A DNA stretch of 64,000 nucleotides from Polyangiaceae bacterium (GTDB lineage: Bacteria > Myxococcota_A > Polyangia > Polyangiales > Polyangiaceae), in NCBI GenBank assembly GCA_044376115.1, contig JBILLK010000012.1, forward strand, positions 194,990-258,989, given 5' to 3'. Position 1 is the stretch's first letter; the number at the start of each line of letters is the position of its first letter. Below the pieces are notes generated by a model, which was not told the DNA's origin, did not search any database, and saw only the letters and a list, made by a program, of their open reading frames with translations. Both the position numbers and the translations under genes were made by a program. Shown here in pieces: positions 58,945-64,000 of the stretch.

Positions 58945-59826
58945 GTGGCACCGCTATTGATGGTTGACGACAAAGGTCGGGAGTTGAAGTTCAAGCAGCT
59001 GCCCGAGCGCATCGTGTCGCTGGTTCCGAGTGACAGCTATACGCTGGCCCGCCTCGGAGCTGGGAGCCGGCTGGTTGGGCGCACCCGCTACTGCGAGCTC
59101 CCTGCCGAGGAACTCAGCAGCGCCTCCGTGGTGGGCGGGACCAAAGACGCTGACGTTGCGGCCATCCTCGAGTTGAAGCCAGACCTCGTGTTGGTCAATC
59201 AAGAAGAGAACACGCTCTCGGCCGCGGAAACCCTGCGTCGGGAAGGCGTGCCCATCTTCGTCTCCTTCCCGACCAAAGCTTCTCATTCGCTGATTCAGGT
59301 CAGTCGCCTGGCGCGCCTGCTCGGTGATTTGACGAAAGAGGGGAAAGACCTCGTGCGCTTCGCTTACGCCGCGGATGCGGAGCTGCAAGCCGGTTGGAAC
59401 GCGAAGCGCGTTCGGGTCTTCGTGCCGATTTGGATGGAGCCATTGATGACCATCCACCGTGATACCTTCATCTCCGACCAGCTGTTTCAGCTTGGAGCCG
59501 ACAACGTATTCGCGGACCGCGTCCGCAAGTACCCGCTTGCCGCCGACTTGGGCGCTCGCGAGCCGCAGGCTCCTGGAGATCGCGATGTGCGTTATCCGCG
59601 TGTCCGCCTCGAGGAGGTCGTTGAGCGACAGCCGGAGTTGGTGCTGCTCCCCGACGAACCACATCCATTTACCGAGGAGGATGCTCGCTGTTTTCGCGAG
59701 CTGACCATCCCGGCCGCTCCCGACCGAGTTCGCTTCTGCGTGGGCAAGCAGCTGATGTGGCCTGGACTGATGGCCCTCGAAGGCGCGCAACATCTACGCT
59801 CGATGATTCACGGGCCGGCTAACTAA
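58945..59826 (+). CDS. Helical-backbone metal receptor (BtuF-like)
   Basis: PERIVSLVPS, VGRTRYC, VGGTK, NQEEN, LPDEPHPF. Confidence 0.85.
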   Translation: MAPLLMVDDKGRELKFKQLPERIVSLVPSDSYTLARLGAGSRLVGRTRYCELPAEELSSASVVGGTKDADVAAILELKPDLVLVNQEENTLSAAETLRREGVPIFVSFPTKASHSLIQVSRLARLLGDLTKEGKDLVRFAYAADAELQAGWNAKRVRVFVPIWMEPLMTIHRDTFISDQLFQLGADNVFADRVRKYPLAADLGAREPQAPGDRDVRYPRVRLEEVVERQPELVLLPDEPHPFTEEDARCFRELTIPAAPDRVRFCVGKQLMWPGLMALEGAQHLRSMIHGPAN

Positions 59827-60277
59827 CGCGCGACAACCCCTGCAGCGCCGCGCGTAGCGGCTCTGGCATCGGCGCTGGTCTGCGGCTCGTGCGGTCGACG
59901 AACACGTGGGTGAAGGTGCCATCGGCTCGAGCGCTTGGATCCGACTCGGAGAAGAGAGCGACGCCGTAAGTAACCGAGCTCGCCCCCAATCGGTCTACGC
60001 GCACGCCCACTCGAATGCGCTCCGGATAGGCGACAGGCGCGTGGTAGCGGCAGCTCGACTCCACCACCAAGCCGATCACCGCGCCCGAGTGAATGTCGAG
60101 CCCACCCTGCTCGATCAAGAAGCGGTTAACGGCTGAGTCGAACAGTTGGTAGTAGACCGCATTGTTGACGTGCCCGTAGAGGTCGTTGTCGGCCCAGCGC
60201 GTCTCGGTCGAGGCGATGAAGCCATACGCACCGATCTGTTCAGGTGGTAACCGCTGCGGCTTTGGATTCACCAACAT
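59819..60277 (-). CDS. Acyl-CoA thioesterase (4HBT/YbgC family)
   Basis: TRWADNDLYGHVNNAVYY, THVFVD. Confidence 0.92.
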   Translation of the reverse strand: MLVNPKPQRLPPEQIGAYGFIASTETRWADNDLYGHVNNAVYYQLFDSAVNRFLIEQGGLDIHSGAVIGLVVESSCRYHAPVAYPERIRVGVRVDRLGASSVTYGVALFSESDPSARADGTFTHVFVDRTSRRPAPMPEPLRAALQGLSRVS

Positions 60278-61581
60278 GAGAGCCCTGCGTTGAAGAGCTC
60301 GATGAGCTCGGCCTCGTTGCTGAGGATGGGCGCATTGGCCAAGAGGCGCGTCTGCGCGAGGGTACCAGCAACCAGGGCTGGGAGATGGGACTCGGTTGCA
60401 CCCACGCCAGCGGTGCCGTTGGGGGTGGCTAGCCGCCGCATCAACGCAACCAAACGTTGGGACAAGAGTTCGCCTGCGTCTTCCGAATTTGCCGAACGCA
60501 CGTCGGCGCCCAACAGCTCCGCTACTTTGAGGTGCCGCGCTGGATCAGCGCTGGCTGTCCTGCGAACCACGGCCGGCGCGCTGAGCACCACCGAAACGCC
60601 GTGCGGAAGGAAAGCGTGCGTGGTCGGGTAGCCCGGCGGCTTGTAGTTGGTCTCGTGAGCGAGGCCTGCAATCGCGTAGGCCATGGCGTGCGGCAGATGA
60701 ACCCCCGCGTTGCCGAAAGCGATGCCCGCCAACGTTGCTGCCCAGAGCATCGCCTCGCGGGCCTCAGCATCGGTCGGGTCGGAAGCAGCCCTCACGAGGT
60801 AGTCACGGCATAAGCCGAGCGCTTCTTTGCAACCGATGTCGCTCCACGGATTGGCGCCCTGACTCATCGGCCGAGCAAAAGAAGGCATCGCGCGCGCACG
60901 GCGACTAAAGGGCCGCGCTGTGAAGCTCTCCACGGCGTGACAGAGTACGTCGAGCCCGCTCGCTGCGACGACAGCCGCTGGCAGCGAGGCAGTGACATCT
61001 GGATCGACGAGGGCCTCGGTCGGTCGCAGCTCCTTAGCCGCAATCGCGGTCTTGGCGTGAAGCAGCGTATGGTCGAACACGGCGATGCCCGTGACCTCGC
61101 TGCCGGTTCCACTCGTGGTTGGGCAAGCGATATGGGGCTTGAGTGGCCCCGGCACCGCGTGACCGTGCCCCACAGGAGCATTCACGTAAAACTCGAGCGC
61201 CGCAGGGTGAGAAGAAAGGAGGTTCGCCACTTTGCAGGTATCGATCACCGAACCGCCTCCCAACGAAAGGAAGCCGTTGACCTTGGACTCCCAGGCGAAG
61301 CGAGCGGCTAGTTCAAGCGACCGATCCGTTGGCTCAATCTCCACCTCGTCGAAACGTACGACGTCCAGCCCTGCTGCCTTCAGCGAAGTGAGAACGCTCT
61401 CCGCGAACGGAAGGCTGCCCACGAAGCGGTCGGTGATCAGCGCTATGCGAGTACAACCGAGGGCTCGCAAGCGCGGCCCTGCCTCGAGCAAACAGCCGCG
61501 ACCAAAGGTGACGCGGGATGATTCGATCGTGAAGGCGCCGTCGCAGCCCTCGAGAGCCTCGGGGAATTGGCAGCAAAGCAA
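60268..61581 (-). CDS. Hydroxyacid-oxoacid transhydrogenase (iron-containing ADH family)
   Basis: EPTD, GGGSVIDTCK, PTTSGTGSE, GLDVLCHAVES, GNAGVHLPH, PHG. Confidence 0.88.
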   Translation of the reverse strand: MLCCQFPEALEGCDGAFTIESSRVTFGRGCLLEAGPRLRALGCTRIALITDRFVGSLPFAESVLTSLKAAGLDVVRFDEVEIEPTDRSLELAARFAWESKVNGFLSLGGGSVIDTCKVANLLSSHPAALEFYVNAPVGHGHAVPGPLKPHIACPTTSGTGSEVTGIAVFDHTLLHAKTAIAAKELRPTEALVDPDVTASLPAAVVAASGLDVLCHAVESFTARPFSRRARAMPSFARPMSQGANPWSDIGCKEALGLCRDYLVRAASDPTDAEAREAMLWAATLAGIAFGNAGVHLPHAMAYAIAGLAHETNYKPPGYPTTHAFLPHGVSVVLSAPAVVRRTASADPARHLKVAELLGADVRSANSEDAGELLSQRLVALMRRLATPNGTAGVGATESHLPALVAGTLAQTRLLANAPILSNEAELIELFNAGLSCW

Positions 61582-61624
61582 GCTGGGTTCTCCTTAAAAA
61601 CGTGGAAACGACCGCCTGAGGAAG

Positions 61625-62143
61625 GTGGTTCCGCTCGCGACCTGGAGCGGGTCGTGCCAACGTTTGGTTGTGCCGCACGTTACGATCGTTCGCGATCTTT
61701 TGCTTACCGCGCTCATGGTCCTTTTCTGGATCATCGAGCAAAGCGGCGCGCGCTCGGTGCCAGTCCAGGTTGCTGCCGGCGTTTTCACCGCCATCGTTGG
61801 CTTCCTACTGCACGAATGGGCTCATCTCGCTGGCGCTCGGTGGACAGCCAGCCAGGTCCTCTATCCCAACCGGGTGTTGGCGCCGCTCTTGTTTCACTTC
61901 GACTGCAAAGCCAACGGCCGCAGCCAATTTCTCGCGATGTCCTACGGGGGCTATCTCGGGAGCTTGATCGGCGTGGGCTTGATTCTGCTTTTGGCGCCAC
62001 TGGACCGGCTGTCCGGGCAGGTGGCCTTGGGGCTCGCCGGCGTAGGCATGGTCGTTACGCTGCTGGCCGAGGTCCCGACGACGCTGCGGGTCCTGCGGGG
62101 CGGCCCCCTGCCAACGGGCTACGCCTTTGATCCTCCGAAGTGA
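61625..62143 (+). CDS. Small membrane protein with HExxH motif (M50-like)
   Basis: Four hydrophobic helices; LLHEWAHLAG; start uncertain. Confidence 0.6.
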   Translation: MVPLATWSGSCQRLVVPHVTIVRDLLLTALMVLFWIIEQSGARSVPVQVAAGVFTAIVGFLLHEWAHLAGARWTASQVLYPNRVLAPLLFHFDCKANGRSQFLAMSYGGYLGSLIGVGLILLLAPLDRLSGQVALGLAGVGMVVTLLAEVPTTLRVLRGGPLPTGYAFDPPK

Positions 62144-62159
62144 CCGCAACGGCGCAGCG

Positions 62160-62396
62160 CTGAAATCCACCTTCAGTGAAATGAGCTGCGCCCTCCAGTT
62201 GGGACTGAAGGGCGCAATGGAATGCGAGGGGGGCTGAAGAAGCGAGATCCGTGACGATTGAGCTAAGCGAAAGAGAAGCGTTAAGCGCGAAAGCAAAGAG
62301 AAAAAGGGGTCAAGGTAAGCGGGCGACGAGTCGTAAGAAGGTTAAGCAGAGCAGAAGCAAGGAAGAGGGTAAGGAAGCCTGACTCGCGCTGTCGGT
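62160..62396 (-). ncRNA. Putative sigma54-dependent pyrimidine-rich sRNA
   Basis: Follows a -24/-12 promoter; no credible ORF; 19 CUU motifs; ends in a 13-bp hairpin fully paired only on the minus strand. Confidence 0.5.
62187..62216 (-). terminator. Strong hairpin at the 3' end of the putative sRNA
   Basis: Minus strand TGCGCCCTTCAGT-CCCA-ACTGGAGGGCGCA (one G.U pair); weak U-tract. Confidence 0.55.
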
Positions 62397-62404
62397 TCCC
62401 TTAA

Positions 62405-62420
62405 AGCACCACGCGTGCCA
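62405..62420 (-). promoter_or_regulatory. Sigma54 (-24/-12) promoter
   Basis: Minus strand TGGCACGCGTGGTGCT: exact GG-N10-GC spacing, one mismatch to TGGCACGNNNNTTGCW. Confidence 0.72.
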
Positions 62421-62557
62421 CTCCCAATTTTTGACTTGAGCGTCGAAATTTCCGCTGAATCACGGCATTGCCGATGCGGCCTTCTGCCCTAACCCCTGGC
62501 AACGCTGTCGCGGTCAAGCGCGGACCCCGCCTCGTCGTGTGGTAGTGGTCCAGGTCC

Positions 62558-64000
62558 ATGCGCATTGCCGAGGTGGCGATCCCGGTCCCACTTTCCAGAG
62601 CCTTCTCCTACGAAGTTCCGAGCGCGCTCGAGGCTGAAGCGGTGCTCGGCTCACGTGTGCTGGTCGAGTTTGGCCGGCGCAAGACCTTGGGCGTGATCGT
62701 CGGCTTCTTGGAGCAGAGCGAGGCAGCCACCCTCAAACCGATCCTGCGCGTGGTCGACAGTCAACCGGTCGTTCCGCTCGAGCTGCTCGCCTTCCTCAAA
62801 GAGATCGCAGCGTACTACTTTGCGCCGTTGGGAGAGGTGCTGCGGCTCGCGCTCCCTGCGGTCGAAAAGCGGGGCCACCAGGACGGTGAACTCTTCCCGG
62901 AGCAGGTGCTGAAGCGGAGCCGCAAAGTCAACGTCGCACAGGAGCAGGTGGCTTCGGCTACGGCTGCGATTGAAGAAGCGGGATTGGTTCGCGGACAGGC
63001 ACTGATGCTTCTACGTGAGTTGCGAGCCGACGGTCCCAAACCGCTCGCGCGTCTGCAGGAGAGCTACAAGAGCGCACGCGCAATCGCCAAAAAGCTCGAA
63101 CAGTTGGGGCTCGTGCGGATCGAGAACAAGGACCGCAAAGCGAGTGATCCCTTCACGGCTCCAGAGCCCCTCGTACCAGCGCCGGAGTTGACGGAAGCTC
63201 AGCTCGCCGCCGTTGCCGAGATCGAGGGCTCGCTCACCGGTGGACCGGGCCCGAAGAGCTTTCTCCTGTTCGGCATCACGGGATCGGGAAAAACCGAGGT
63301 CTACCTTCGCGCGATCGAGGTCTGTCTCAAACAGAACCGTGGTGCGCTGGTGCTGGTGCCGGAGATCGCACTGACGCCCCAACTCGTCAGTCGCTTTCGC
63401 CAACGCTTCGGTGACGACGTCGCCGTAATTCACAGCGCGCTCGCCGAACGCCAGCGGCACGAGATGTTCCTCGCGTTGCTCTCCGGTCGCGTGCGCGTCG
63501 CGATCGGCGCACGCAGCGCGCTGTTCGGTCCGGTACCGTCGCTCGGGCTCATCATCGTGGACGAAGAACACGACGGGTCGTTCAAACAAGAGGAAGGCGT
63601 CCGCTACAACGCGCGCGACATGGCGCTGCTGCGCGCTCATCGCGCGGGAGCGACGATCATCCTCGGGTCGGCGACGCCATCGCTCGAGAGCTTCGAGCTG
63701 GCGATGCGAGGCAAGCTAAAGCTGCTCGAGCTGCCTGCGCGAGCCGTCAAAGAGGCGACGTTGCCGTCGGTCACGCTGGTGGACCTCAAGAGCGTAAAGT
63801 CCGGTCCCTCCGGAGCACGCTTGATCACGATCGTGCTGCATCGTGCAATCGAGGCGACTCTCGCCCGCAAAGAGCAATCGATCATCTTCTTGAACCGGCG
63901 AGGCCATTCACCAGCCGTCATTTGTTTGAGTTGCGGTTTGCTGGTGTCCTGCAGAGCGTGCAGCGTGGCGATGACCTTCCATCGCGGGCCCGTGAGCGCG
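62558..64000 (+). CDS. priA: Primosomal protein N' (truncated by window end; absent from the ORF track)
   Basis: Own translation: MRIAEVAIPVPLSRAFSYEVP...LFGITGSGKTEVY...LVPEIALTPQ...DEEHD...LGSATPS...FLNRRG..C..CG. Confidence 0.95.
   Translation, partial: MRIAEVAIPVPLSRAFSYEVPSALEAEAVLGSRVLVEFGRRKTLGVIVGFLEQSEAATLKPILRVVDSQPVVPLELLAFLKEIAAYYFAPLGEVLRLALPAVEKRGHQDGELFPEQVLKRSRKVNVAQEQVASATAAIEEAGLVRGQALMLLRELRADGPKPLARLQESYKSARAIAKKLEQLGLVRIENKDRKASDPFTAPEPLVPAPELTEAQLAAVAEIEGSLTGGPGPKSFLLFGITGSGKTEVYLRAIEVCLKQNRGALVLVPEIALTPQLVSRFRQRFGDDVAVIHSALAERQRHEMFLALLSGRVRVAIGARSALFGPVPSLGLIIVDEEHDGSFKQEEGVRYNARDMALLRAHRAGATIILGSATPSLESFELAMRGKLKLLELPARAVKEATLPSVTLVDLKSVKSGPSGARLITIVLHRAIEATLARKEQSIIFLNRRGHSPAVICLSCGLLVSCRACSVAMTFHRGPVSA

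Noticed and set aside
61805..62296. 163-aa minus-strand ORF downstream of the sigma54 promoter
   Set aside because: TTG start in a pyrimidine tract with no RBS, antisense to a plausible membrane gene, and no recognisable motifs
62228..62420. GGGGCTGA start suggesting tmRNA on the plus strand
   Set aside because: No tRNA-like 3' end (T arm plus CCA) and no tag reading frame; promoter and hairpin asymmetry point to the minus strand

Overview
This 64 kb window is GC-rich, gene-dense bacterial chromosome. It is very probably myxobacterial (Polyangiaceae/Sorangiineae-like), inferred from its many Cys-rich, VWA and beta-propeller lipoproteins, Ser/Thr kinases and FHA protein. Housekeeping genes (glnS, rpsT, purB, ggt, purE, purK, a thiolase, priA truncated at the window end, tRNA-Ala(CGC), tRNA-Cys(GCA)) are interspersed with accessory genes. 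No integrase, transposase, CRISPR array or rRNA was seen. Best candidates for new biology: (1) a translationally coupled operon of a ParA/MinD ATPase, two Roadblock/MglB-like proteins and a tandem-V4R protein (40.7-44.3 kb); (2) an unannotated sigma54-driven, CUU-repeat pyrimidine-rich putative sRNA divergent from priA (62.2-62.4 kb); (3) a 55-aa very basic protein apparently co-transcribed with rpsT; (4) a PHM/DBH-like copper monooxygenase with a Met-to-His change at the CuM site, a degenerate Hint-domain protein, and a CARNMT1-like methyltransferase with a PqqD-like tail. All family calls come from motif recognition by eye; no database search was run.
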